Under the pieces are notes generated by a model. That model worked only from the letters and a program-made list of their open reading frames with translations, searched no databases and was not told the DNA's origin. From Octopus bimaculoides (lineage: Eukaryota): a stretch of DNA of 64,000 nt. The number at the start of each line of letters is the position of its first letter. Position 1 is the stretch's first letter. This document shows positions 26,866-40,100 of the stretch, in pieces. Position numbers and translations under genes: made by a program. The stretch lies in assembly GCF_001194135.2 (NCBI RefSeq), contig NC_068994.1, positions 40,451,188 to 40,515,187 on the forward strand, written 5' to 3'.

Positions 26866-28906
26866 TAAAGAATAGTATCAGGTCTGCCCATGTGCTCTAG
26901 GAATCATAAGGCTGGAGTTTAACCCAGTTTACATGGCATGTAAGAGATTGATGTTACAATACTCCTCTCTAAACATGGTGATGGTCTTTTCAGAGTTAAC
27001 TTCTTATTTATTGCTGGAATTCATTTACAGCTGAATGAACTACAGTAATGTGAAATGAAGTCTTTTGCTCAAGAACACAGTACACTGCTGAGTCTGAAAA
27101 TTGAAACCATGACCTTATGATCATGATTACAACACCTTAACCACTAGGACAGTTGCCTTCACCAAGAATGATGTCCTGGAAAAATTTGCTTCCTTCCTCT
27201 GGGAATTTTAACTATTATTTCTAGCAAATTGAAGGCTCCTTGGTACGATGTCAGAGTGACATATTTCATTGTTACAGGAACTTTATATCATTAAAAACTA
27301 AAAGTTTTTTTCCTGCCAACCATCAATATCTGAACTGTGTACAACTCGTGATTCTAGTAGAATTGAAACGTAACATTATAAATTTCTGAAGTTATTAGCC
27401 ACGTATTCTATTTAGATTAGATTGAAAATAAAAGCTATGAACAAAATGCGTTAAAAACAGAAGATGGTCGATCTAATATTAATGTTTGGCAGAATATTTC
27501 CCTGATGACAAAGATGTTAAAAAATCGATGTGAACAGTCTTTTTGCAATGCCTGGAGGCTGTAAGATTTACTTTCTATCATTTTACTTGACGTAAACTGA
27601 AAAACTATCTCCTGAAGGTAACTTGAACGATAACTCTTTACACATACATACATATACACAGACACAGACACATACATACACAGACACATATAGGCTAAAT
27701 AAATCGAAGAAAATGGTTCTAATATAGAAACATTTAATAAGCAAAAACTACAAGAATGTTTACAAATATATTGCCTGTGGGTATTGTCCTCACAGTAGTC
27801 AACGTCGTCTCAAGATTGCTGCTATATTGGTCAGGTATTGGTTAATGTAGGCACTGCAACAAACAGGGTAAAAGGAAAAAATGGAGGAAAGAAACTACAT
27901 TTGTATGACACATTTGATGTCTAGTATGGAAAAAAAATAGAATGTTTCTTTTCCTTTAGTTTCCTAGCCAATCCAAAACTATGGATGTAATTTTAATAAA
28001 AACACAAGAAATTGCACAGAATATTTCTATAATTTGAAGAAAAGATGAAAGTGTATTTATAAAGGCTGTTAAAATATTTTCTGCCATCAAGTGTAGTATT
28101 TTTCTTTAAAATGCTTTGTTTTGGAAAGAATAGTGGTAGTAATACAGTTGACAGAATAGTGATCAATCCCTACATTCACTCTAGTCATTCAAGAAAATAT
28201 TGAAAATATACATTCTTCCTTTTCCATCATAGTTAGCAATATCAGAAACAACAATCAGTGATTTTGGACAATAAATGGCCTGGAGAGTTTTCTGTTTCTC
28301 AGAGATTCGATTTCTCTTAATTGGAATTTTTCTTTTCTTTCTCTTCATCTTATAGAAGCTAAAGTAACAAAAATCACCAGGAGGGCTAACTATCTTCCTC
28401 CATGAATTTATCTTTACTCACACTAGTAAGAAACAGGCTTAGGAAGTGGGTTCGAAAATGAAGTGATTTTGTAGAAAATAGGTTTAGTGCCTTCATTAGA
28501 AGAGAATATTTGTGGTAAAAAAAGTTTGATGAATATGGTGTATCTAACTAGAATATGAAAGAGGTGGTGTTTGAGATGCTCAAGGTGAATACTAAATTTC
28601 CATACATAGATGGCTGTTCTATCAATGTGAATTTCTAAATAAAACCAATAGTAAGTAATGGAAGATATACAGAAAGTCTATTGTTCGCTTTCCTTCTATC
28701 TAATTTCAGGCATTTCTGTAGACAGAAACAAACTGAAAGTGAACGGAGACCTGCAATGGCATTTTGCTTTTGAATAGTTTCCTAAAAGATAATGAGCACA
28801 AGAACTTATATGTAACTTAAACAAGTGTTTCCAATCTCTCTGATGGAACAGTTGTTTATATGAAGTCATAGAAGTATACAACTATTAGTTTCAAACACTT
28901 GATAAG

Positions 28907-29130
28907 TATTTGTCCTCATCTTGTTTGTTGTTAATAATAATAATAACATCGAAAAATACCTTAGGAATAAGAACCCAGGTTTGAAATTTCCCCACGATAC
29001 CTGATGAAGGCTGGAGAGTATATCAGCCGAAACGTTGTGTTAACAACAAACAAGATGAGGACAAATATTCGTCAAATGTAAATAATGTAAATAATGTACA
29101 TAATTCCTCATCTCTTAAATATAGAACTTG
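28907..29130 (+). mobile_element. Penelope-like element terminal unit with inverted partial copy
   Basis: 28907-28934 is the exact reverse complement of 29040-29067, and the unit contains a minimal hammerhead motif. This arrangement is established for Penelope pseudo-LTRs. No RT or GIY-YIG ORF is present. Confidence 0.65.
28996..29041 (+). ncRNA. Minimal type I hammerhead ribozyme motif
   Basis: GATAC-CTGATGA-A-GGCTG-(GAGAGTATAT)-CAGCC-GAAA-CG-TT-GTGTT: intact core boxes, a 5-bp stem II, a palindromic AACGTT stem III, and a 5-bp stem I with two wobbles. Confidence 0.7.
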
Positions 29131-29206
29131 ATTGGTGTTCTCAGAGACTCTAGTAATTGTTATTAATCATTAGGAAGCCAGTGGACAAGTGAGTTGGTCT
29201 GTATAT

Positions 29207-29533
29207 CAATAGTTCTCAACCAGGGGCCATATCAGATTTTTGAGAGTCTACACAAGCAAATAGTGAATTAGAGATCCACAATAGTATTTTAAGGGTCCAT
29301 GAAAGAAATTTGCCTTAGATGTGTTCATTTCAAGACACAAGTTTCTTTCTCTAACATTTTACACAGTCTAATATGTTTAGTGCAAACCTACGCAAGTTAA
29401 TGTGTGATAAAACAAAATAGAAATTCTAAAAGAAGTATCTATAAGACTAGATACATTGAATGGATATAGGGGTCCACCAGTATAAAATTGTAATCAAAGG
29501 AGACCATTGATAAAAAATGGTTGAGAATCACTG
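29207..29533. mobile_element. hAT (Charlie-type) MITE with perfect 8-bp TSD
   Basis: TIRs CAATAGTTCTCAACC / GGTTGAGAATCACTG, flanked by CTGTATAT at 29199-29206 and 29534-29541. Confidence 0.9.
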
Positions 29534-30352
29534 CTGTATATGGTTTATTGTCCTGCTGTAAGAAAGCAATGAAAACTTTCTCTAATCACACCCTAATATC
29601 TTAAAAAAAAAAAATGGAAAATATGTCTTGTATATTTCAAACCTAAAGGAAGATGGTACAGTCAGCACTAAAGATCGTAAAGTTTCCTTTTTAAGTCATG
29701 CTGACTCATTAGGGCTTGCTTCCCAGTTTCCATGGTAAATATATACCCCACCTTGATGGGATGCCAGTCCATCACAGGATTACTGATTTTTGCCTGCTGA
29801 GTGAACTATAACAGTATGAAATGAACTATAGCAATGTGAACTATAACAATGTGAAATGAAGCTCAAGAACACAATGTGTCACCTGGTCCAGGAATCAAAG
29901 CCACAATCTTATGATCATGAGTCCAACGCTCTAACCACTAGGCCACATGCCTCCGTATAGTCAGCACTGGATTATTTTAAATCATAGATATGTTCAATCT
30001 GGGCTGACCTAAATATTAAAAAATAATGCACTAATGTTCATTATGTTAAGGTGACAGAGATGACCATAAAAAATATCATGTTTCACATCTAAGTCAACCT
30101 GCTCATCCTTATTCATATCCATTCACACTAGGTTCTTTCTCTTACTACTTTCTGTCTATGTATGTAAGCTCATATCGTCTTGTGTTCAAGAGATCAGTTG
30201 CAGTCATTTGATCAAACTCTGGTGTCTTTCCTGTTATTTCCTTCTGATATCTTAATCCTGATACAGTCTGAAATACTGGATACTCCACTCACCTCAGCAA
30301 CTTCACTGTACACTTTTTGTTGCTTTTTCCAAATTTTAATATATTTATGTAT

Positions 30353-30401
<49 letters not shown>

Positions 30402-30954
30402 CTGATAACTGATATGCTTTCGCTGTTTCCATGTAATGTATTTCACATTTTAAGTATTTATCAACCCAGGAGATGCTTGCTTGTAAAGTTGTTATGCTAT
30501 AGGATTGAACCCCAAAACACGTGGCTTGTGAAACAAACTTCTTAACCACACAGCTAACTATGCCTGCATCTATTATGAAATTTTCTGATTTCCAAAATTT
30601 TATGTTACGCAAGAACTGAGATGATGTAATGACTTTTTAATGGATTTAAAGAATACAACATTGAATTTTATCAAAACAATGTTTTAGTAACTGAAAGTGT
30701 TGTTTGTATTCCATGGTAGCTACAGCTCTCTCTGACTTTATGGTAAATGATTCTTATATGAAATATGAAAAACAGGAAAACAAAATTCAAATAATTTGTC
30801 AATCTGTTTGACATATTAAAAATAATGGTCTCTTTAGGAATTACAAATATATTTATTATTTATTTCAATAAATAATTAACATTAAAAAAACAAAATAAAA
30901 ATTGGTTTGCAATATCTAAATACTACTATGATGTACGTATTGTTTATTTTTTAC

Positions 30955-31020
<66 letters not shown>

Positions 31021-31692
31021 GTGTGTTTTGTCTTGTTAAATCTAGAAAGTTCTACAGTCTATAACTATTATTTTGTAAAGTGTTTACTGATATTTTGGCT
31101 TCACTCCACCAAATAAAAAAATAAATTTCACCTGAAGCTGATGTCTCACTATCTACAAAGATGTACAATATTTATATTTTAGTATAAAAACAAAAGAAGT
31201 GATACGCAACTCAGTTCTATCTTGAACATCTTAAAGTTCATTTTTACTCTTTTCTTTTCTTTCAGTGTTATTTCCTTGTTATGATACTGATGTTATTTGG
31301 TTTCAGTAAAGTAAATAACTGTAAATCAAACCACTATATAATTGACCTTGGAATGAAAATATATTTGGGGTATGAAGAATTGTTAAGATTTTAACAGCAA
31401 ACTGATGTGGTCATAAATTTAACATCAATGAACATCTGCTTGGTAATGTAACCATTAGAAATGAGCAGTGGTGGTAAAATGAATGGGCGAGAGAGTCGTT
31501 ACTTTTGATTCATTATATGTTTGTTGTGAAAAGATTGTATTGGATACAGTGGTCCAATAAGGAGCATAAGAAAGTACTATCCACGCAGTATTGTTGTTGT
31601 ATCTTATTCTGTGATAATGCAAGCATGAGAGAGAAAAATATAAGGAGAGGGAGACACAGTGTGAATGAATGAATGTGATATATGTATATATT

Positions 31693-31934
31693 CTCTCTTT
31701 ACTCTTTTACTCTTTTACTTGTTTCAGTCATTTGACTGTGGCCATGCTGGAGCACCGCCTTTAGTCGAGCAAATCCACCCCAGGACTTATTCTTTGGATA
31801 CCTAGTACTTATTCTATCGGTCTCTTTTGCCGAACCGCTACGTGACGGGGACTTAAACACACCACCATCGGTTGTCAAGCGATGTTGGGGAGACAAACAC
31901 TGACACACAAACATACACACACACACACACACAT

Positions 31935-31981
<47 letters not shown>

Positions 31982-32144
31982 TATGACGGGCTTCTTTCAG
32001 TTTCCGTCTACCAAATCCACTCACAAGGCTTTGGTCGGCTTGAGGCTATAGTAGAAGACACTTGCCCAAGGTTCCACGCAGTGGGAATGAACCTGGAACC
32101 ATGTGGTTGGTAAGCAAGCTACTTACCACACAGCCACTCCTGCA
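31693..32144 (-). mobile_element. Young SINE family A
   Basis: Close reverse complement of 49085-49440 and 51513-52003, with a central (CA)n(TA)n tract. Confidence 0.88.
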
Positions 32145-34533
32145 CCATATATATATATAAACTATCGTATGTTCGAATTTGGCAAAATGTATTTTTATCA
32201 ATATTTAATTTTGCTTCCAATAACCAGTTCTTTTGGTCAAACTGTCATATCTTCAGCTGCTTCAGATGCCAAGATAGGAAAATTGTCAAAGTGTAGTACG
32301 ACAGTTTAGCATTTTTCAAAAGTGTAGCTAGTCCTACATACGACAGTTCAGCAGAAACATTTCTGACAAAAAATATCATACATGCATGGATTATGATTAT
32401 GATTTTATGCACCCAACAAAGTATTATTGTTAAGCTGAAACTGTTGCTAATGTAAAATGAAATGGAATGGTGAATCTCTTTTTTTCTTTTCTGAAAAAGC
32501 AACGTTTTGGACTTATGACACTTTTACATAACAACAATGATATATATATATATGCAAATATATGTATGTGTGTGTGTAAGAATATTTTATATGCAGTATC
32601 CTTAAACCAAAGATGAATGAATCACTGAAACTTCAGTTTGGCAGTCAAAAGCAAAAACACAACTAATGATGAAATATTTGCAGTCTTCTTTTCAGCTAAC
32701 TGCACTCATTATGAGTATAAATTCAATAATTTGCCTTTAGCTCATGTAAATGGATGCCCATTAGGTTGCTAAATCATCTTAGAGTCCATTTATATAAAAT
32801 GTGTGAACATTTACAAAGCCTTCACTAAAATATCCAAACTTGTTACTATTTGTCAATAAGGATTATATTTATAATGTTTAAAACCTCATTAAGTTGGATA
32901 AGAAAATGTAAGTAATTCCAGGATTTTGATCAAGAATTTGTAGCAAACTGACAGAAATCCCCAATTTTAGCTTTCATTGTTTTCATATTTCTGGTAAGAA
33001 ATAAAATTGGATAACGGATTAAGAATAAAAGTATATGATGAACAAATATGATCTATCAGCGTGATAACTATAAATCTATGTATGATAAAGCAATAGAAAT
33101 GAAATTATGGATTTATGTAGCTTGGTGAAGTTATACTTAATCACAAAATGAATCGTTTTGGTTTCAGTTGGACAATCATTATTATAAACTGCTACTGTAG
33201 TTTTGTCGTTTCCCCCCACAGCCTGAAGATCTGAAAGTCAATTATTTTGTTAATTATGGGCCCATTTTAGCCATTGCAGCTGACCACTCACCAATTTATC
33301 ATTTCTCTGATCATCGTTGCTGAAGTAAAATTAATTTGTCTGATCTTTGAAGAAAAATGACATACTTAGAATTACTGTTTGTTATAAACAACGGGGTGAA
33401 TTATGTTGAGGAACGTTAGCTAAGGTAATTTGACTGTCTATACGAATTAATCATGATACAGCGAGGTGGAAGAAACTCAATTTTACAAAGAAAAATGTCA
33501 ATAATAATAATTTACTTGTTTCAGCAGGACAAACCTCACCGGATAAATAGCAAAAAGTTATTCACCGGATCAATCAAATAAGTTGTTCAAGAAGTCTCAA
33601 ATCAATATAGAACACAAATAACACAATTAAGTGTCTCGTTAGTTCAAGCATCTCATGAGACAAAATTTGGTTCATAAATTGTATATAAGAACAAACAGCA
33701 GTTCTCTCAATAAAAGAAAGAAAGAAAGAAAAAAAAGAAGGAAAATGCCAAAACTGATGAATCTATAAGAATATATTACATTCTTATATTGGCTTATAGT
33801 CTCAAATTTACTGAGGCAAGGAAATGAGATTGTATGATACTCATGCCTATATCGAAGATTTTGGCAACATAAGGTAAGTGAATAGCTCCAAACAAGAATC
33901 AAATTTGTGTTGTTAACACAAGCCAGTGAAAGCTTATTACTGAGATAAGGTATTCAGCATAAAAATACATTATGATGAAGCCACTTTAAGAAAAATCAAA
34001 CCTTTTGTCCACATTTCCATATAGGAAACAGAGTTTAAAATGTGATTATATACAATCAATTAGACATAAAGAAATTTCGTCTGTAACCAGTAACTGCTCA
34101 TACACACATACATACATATAAAGATACATGTACAAACACATATGTTTGTATGTGTGTGTGTGTGTGTCTGTATGCACGTGTGCATGCATGTGCATGTGTG
34201 CATGTACATACATACACACACACACAAACATTTTGTTTATTGACTTTTTCAACCATTTTTTAATGCTAGCATGGGTAAGGTGAATATATGCAGAGACATT
34301 ATTTTACTAACGGAAACTCTTCCTGTCACTAATCTTTACTTGTTTTAAAAGAAAGGATCTTTTCTTTCACACGTCATCGAAAGCATGAAGCCAGCAGATG
34401 GTTTGTTATCAAGAGAAATGACAATAGCATTGAATATAGTGCTCAATTTCAGGAGAAACACAAATATATACAACCATACAGGAACACACATGCACACACT
34501 TACATAATACATAAATGTGTGTGTGTCTATATA

Positions 34534-35286
34534 CATAGTGGTATCAAAAAGTTCTTGGACTAATTCTGTAGTGCACTAACAGGCTACAGCACACAGTTGA
34601 ATGCACAATGAGAGCTAGCAGTGACCTTTATGAGGCAGTGGGCTCAGCAATATTTGCTGTGTTTACTTTGCAAGTTGTGAAATTTGTGTTTTGGTGATCA
34701 AGTATATGTTGTAGTCTGCGATTTTTGTCATGGACAGGAAGTTGGAACAAACAGCCTACTTGAAATTTTGTGTTAAAGTTGGGAAATCTGCTACAGAGAC
34801 AATGAGCATGCTTTGGCAATCATAGTGGTGAGGCAATGGGTCATAAGCAATGTTTCAAGTGGCACGAGCTCTTCAAAAGTGAAAGCAACTGGATCTGTGG
34901 AGCACAAAGAATTGGATTCTTCATGTCGACAATGCACCCTGTCACTAAGGTTTCTTCACTCTTGAGTTTCTTGCCAAAAACAACATGGTGTCACTTCTGC
35001 ACCCACACAATTCACCAGACTTAGCACCTACAAACTTCCATCTCTTCCCCAAGATGAAAATGCAGCTCAATGGTTGCCACTTTTACACCGTTGTCAAGAT
35101 CAAGAGTGAATCACAGAAGGTCCTCTACTCGCATATGGAAAATGACATCCAGGCCAGATTCTAAAAGTAGCAGGAACACTGGGATGGGTGTGTTGCTGTG
35201 CAAGGTGACTATTTCCAAGAGGATGGTGTTAAAATTTAGTTAAATAAAGTTATTTTTTTATTAAACATAACGAGTCCAGGAAATTT

Positions 35287-35291
<5 letters not shown>
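34534..35291 (+). mobile_element. Internally deleted DD34D mariner
   Basis: TIR GTGGTATCAAAAAGTTCTTGGACT / AGTCCAGGAAATTTTGATA. It encodes LKFCVKVGKSATET, then VDNAPCH...SPDLAPTNFHLFPKMK...HWDGCVAVQGDYFQ. There are 34 residues between the second D and the decayed third position (N). Confidence 0.88.
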
Positions 35292-35335
<44 letters not shown>

Positions 35336-35336
<1 letters not shown>

Positions 35337-35575
35337 CAGGTCATCCCATAAATTCTGTCCAAATTTTGAATAAAGAAAACAAGTGATCAAATGTTATATT
35401 TAATTGAAATTTAATCCTCAATGTACTTTACTTGATTATCTGTGACTTCCTTCCATCTATTTACAAACTTTTTAACCCCATCAATGTAAAACTCTTTTGG
35501 TTTCAAAGCAAAGAACTCTGAAATGTCAGTTTCGACCTCCTCCTGCTCAGTATCTATGCATTGAATAAAATTAAT
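35336..35575 (-). mobile_element. mariner transposase C-terminal fragment with terminal repeat
   Basis: The minus strand reads EEVETDISEFFALKPKEFYIDGVKKFVNRWKEV, then ends GGACAGAATTTATGGGATGACCTGA-TA. Confidence 0.72.
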
Positions 35576-37129
35576 CTTTCTATATATATGTATGTATATA
35601 TGTATATGTATGTATGTATATTGTCATCTTTTACTTGTTTCAGTCATTGGACTGTGGCCATGCTGGAGTACCATCTTGAAAGGTATCCTAGCATGGCACC
35701 ATCTTCAGTAAATCAACCCCTATACTTATTTTTTTAAGTCTGGTATTTATTGTATCAGTCTTGTTTGCTAGCTGCTAACAGGCTTCTTTCAGTTTCCATG
35801 TAACAAATCTACACAAGACTTTGTTTAACTTGGGGCTACAGTCAAGGACACTAGTCCAGTGTGCTACACCATGAGATTGAATCTGAAACCACATTGTATG
35901 GAAGCAATCTTCTTATCACACAGGTCATACCAACACCCATTCCAAAACATTTGCAGCAATATTTGTCACTGATCCAATGTGGCCTTTTCCTCATCACATA
36001 AATTATTTCTTACAAGATTCTTAATGTTCACTGCATTAAATATGTTAACACTAACTTGACTATTCTTTCTAAGTCACTTAACTTAACCAAAACCAATCTT
36101 GAATATTTTTTCTTTGTGTTCTTTTTTCCATCTGTAGTTGCTATGGTTTCTAGTGCCATGAATATAATACTATTGACCACAAAATCTGAAATACAATTGT
36201 CAAATAGCAAATAATTAATGTATCCATATATCAAGACATAATTAGTAAGTCAGGGTGACTTTAGTGCAGTCTCTGTTGTTTCTAGACATTCTGTGATTAA
36301 TAAGGATTGGGTGTATTGATGTTTGCTGTCTTTATGTGACAGTAGACAGACATTGCAAGGCAACTAAATATACTTTTCTTTAATACATTACTTAAAGAAA
36401 GCTATAAAAAATAGCACAAAAAACAAACATGTAATATAAGATTACTAAAAGAAAGAATTGCGCAATTAAGAGAAGACAGCTCTTGCTGAAATTAAGGAGT
36501 GACATTTAAAACACATTTTTGCAGCAAGCAGTCAAGTTAAAACATTGAATTAAAATAGATGTAGTCAGAGGAGTGTAAGAGTAGTAATAGTGGTCTGTCT
36601 TTAGAAAGATTTAATTCTGATAAAAAAACACAAATTATAGTCATTAATATTTAGCCCCAGGACAGACCTGATCTGATAGACTTGTGCTCAAAGGCATTCT
36701 AACCATCTATATATTTTTTCTGTCATCGAAGGCAACATAATACAAAGCATCCTTCTATTTTGAAGATGATAAAGTATAATTTTGGGATATATTTGGATAT
36801 TTGGCAGTAATCTCGTGTAGGTTCAATCTTCCCACATTTGCTCCTAACAAAATGGAGTGTATTGGCAGGATAGAAAGAAGAGAGAACAATCAAATGTCTT
36901 GATGATTGTAGTTATGTTTTAGCACCAGGGTAGCCATTATAAAGCAGACTTATGACTAAAGACGTTCCAGCCATGACCATCGTGTTTTAATTTTCTGATC
37001 AGAGTGTTTCTAACTTTTCATTATCTGTTTTTTCAGGAAGGTTTTTTTTATGATAGTATAATTTGAGGGAAATTTTACATCTCTTTCTAGTATCAACATG
37101 AAGTTCCTTTGTTGATTCATGTAAATATG

Positions 37130-37180
<51 letters not shown>

Positions 37181-40100
37181 NNNNNNNNNNCACACACACA
37201 CACACGCACATTCACACACAGAGGAGCAGTGTTTACGATTTATATGGGTAGAGACGTGAAGATGCATTATTATGCCAATATTGAAGGCTTCTGTAAGGAT
37301 ATTGAACTAGTGATTATGAAACCTACAGATGTAAGTGGCTGTACATTTAACATTTCAAAAGTTTTCTTACATGGCATAAATGATCTTTAGTTTGCCATTT
37401 TGTGTCAGCTGTCACAAGCACCGTGTATATCCTATATGCATATACAAGAAGATGTGAATCCTGTATGGTTTACATGCCCACATCTTCTTATTATCAGATG
37501 ACAACACTGAGAGGACCATCGTTGGCAATAATGCATAATAAAGAGAAAAACTGGTTGTAAAATGCATTTTGAGAATTGAGTCTTGTACCCAAAATATTAC
37601 TGGTATTATATCTAGCACTCTGTAGGTTACAGCGTCAAAGGTTCCAGGTGATCTAATCAAAGGAACAACCTGTTCATGAAATTAATGTGCAAGTGGCTGA
37701 ACACTCCACAGACATTTGTACCCTTAACACAGTTGAAAGGGAGATTCAGTGTGACATGGAATGTGACAACCTTTAAAGAAATCTGGAATGGAGCCCTGTA
37801 GGCAGTTTAGTGTTCGACTCGACACTCTTCCGGCAGCTCCTGCAACTAAGCTGGTGCCAAACGTAATGCTCTGCACTCCTTTGGACCATGTCAGTAAGGT
37901 TGAGAGAGGAATCCTGACGATTGGGCTACCCAGGATTTTCTTACATCTAGCCCAGGCCTGCACAAAACTGGAGAGGAAACTGGAGAGGACATGAAATGTA
38001 AAAACCAGACTGGATTAGTTAATGCACAACTCCATTGTCTCCCGAGACAAAAAGGATGCCAACAAACAGTTTAATATTTCTGAATTTTCTGGAAGTCCTT
38101 ATGGAGAATGTAAAGGCATGATGTCATGAATATGGGCAATGGTTATCACCTATGAGAACACTTCTTCTGACTGAACTTAACTAGTATCTATTTTGTTGGT
38201 CTTGGAAGAATAAAAGGCAAAGTCAGTTTCAGTAGGAATTGAACTGAGAATGTCAATATATGCCTCTAAATAACTAAAGGTATTTCTTTCATTGTGGATA
38301 ATACAGTTTGTGATTCCAAATACATTCCTTTGTTTTATATGGTGGTGAATTGGAAATACTGTTCATGCATTAGGCAAAATACTTATCAGCATTTTTCTCT
38401 AGCTCTTTGTGTTCTGAGTTCAAATCCCACTGAAGTAAACTTTGCATTTCATCCATTCAGGGTTGATAAAATGAAGTACCTTCTAAAATTGCTAGCTCTT
38501 TGCCAACATTTGAAACAAAATATATTCATTTGTCTAACTACCAGTTATGTTCTGAGAAGAATTCCACTAATTCATTCTTGTTCCATCTTGTTAAAAATTA
38601 TTGGCTGTGGGTCAATGTAATTTAATATGCTTAACAACAATAACAAACAATTATCAAAAAGCGCTTATGACCTTATAATTCATTTTTTTGTCACGACTTT
38701 AATGTGTAATGCCTTGTTTATTCTTTTGGCATCCAGAAAAGTCAATAATTAAAAATGCAAGGGAGTGATGCAACACAGAAGTTAGCACCTGGTAAATTCA
38801 ATCAATAACAATATTTTTGATAAACAACAATTTTGTACAAAAATCTAGTGTTGTTATGCAGTCAGTTACATTGGTTACATGTATGGCTACAGTTACATGA
38901 CAGTTTTGTTTTGCATATTGATTTCTAACACAACCACAAAGCCGTATATTTTGTGGAAAGAACATGTTCAAATCAACCTTAGTATTTGACTGGTACTTTA
39001 TTTTATTGACTTCTAGAAGTATAAAAAGCAAATTTAAACTTGGTAACAAATTAAACTTAGAACATAGCAGGCTGGAAGTACCATGAAGTATTTTTTTTTT
39101 AATGATAACATAATCAATGGAAAAAGGGTAGAAGTGAGAAAGTTATCCCCAGACTAAAAAGCTGGTTTCAATGTTTGTACTAGAATGAACATCACTTGTT
39201 CGTTCATTCTCAGCTTTCTACACAATCACTGCAAATATGTTCAAAAACTCCACATAATAAAGCCATATATTTTCCCTCATGATTAATAAGGAAATCATGT
39301 TGAAAATTATATCTAGCCATTATCACATGATAACATGACCAACCAGACTATCAGATGTTATTACATATCTCTGGTCACAAAGTGCTTTTTGTATCATTTT
39401 AGCTTCCAAATGATATGACCTGGCTGGCTAGGCTAGCAGGCCGACATCCCCACTCCCCGAACAAAAAGAGGACTGGAGTAACTAAAAATGAAGTGTTTTG
39501 CACAAGAATACAACACACCGACTAGTCTGGGAATTGAATTTACAACCTAGCCAATGTGAGTGCAACAGCCTAACAACTAGGCCATATATCATTATCAGCA
39601 TGAATTAGCAGAAACATTATTGTGTTGGACAAAATGCTTTGCAGCATTTTTTACCAATTTTTAGATTTTGTGTTCAAACCATACTGAGGTCAACTTTATT
39701 TTTCATCCTTCTTGTATTAATAAAATTAAATTATCAGTCAAGTATTTGGCTAATTATAATTAACTGTCTCCTATCCTAAAATTTCTGACCCAAATTTAGT
39801 GCTTGTATAAGAAATCATCCTACATAAATGATTGCATGTAACTGATATGCCAGGGGTAGTGTTTTTCTTACTGCAGGTATAATGAATCTGTTTGTTGCAA
39901 GTTCTGGATTTATATGGCTTCAACTGACAGAACCAATGTCAGACCCCATGTTTGAGGCTTACAGAAAAGTGTTATGGATGAAGCTTTCACTAGCAGAAAA
40001 GTGAATGACAAGAATGATTCCTGTTGGTTGACAACCCAATGATGTCACCAAAGTTCATAGAAAATTTGGTAGCACTCTCCAACAGACTGTGGTTTCTGTG

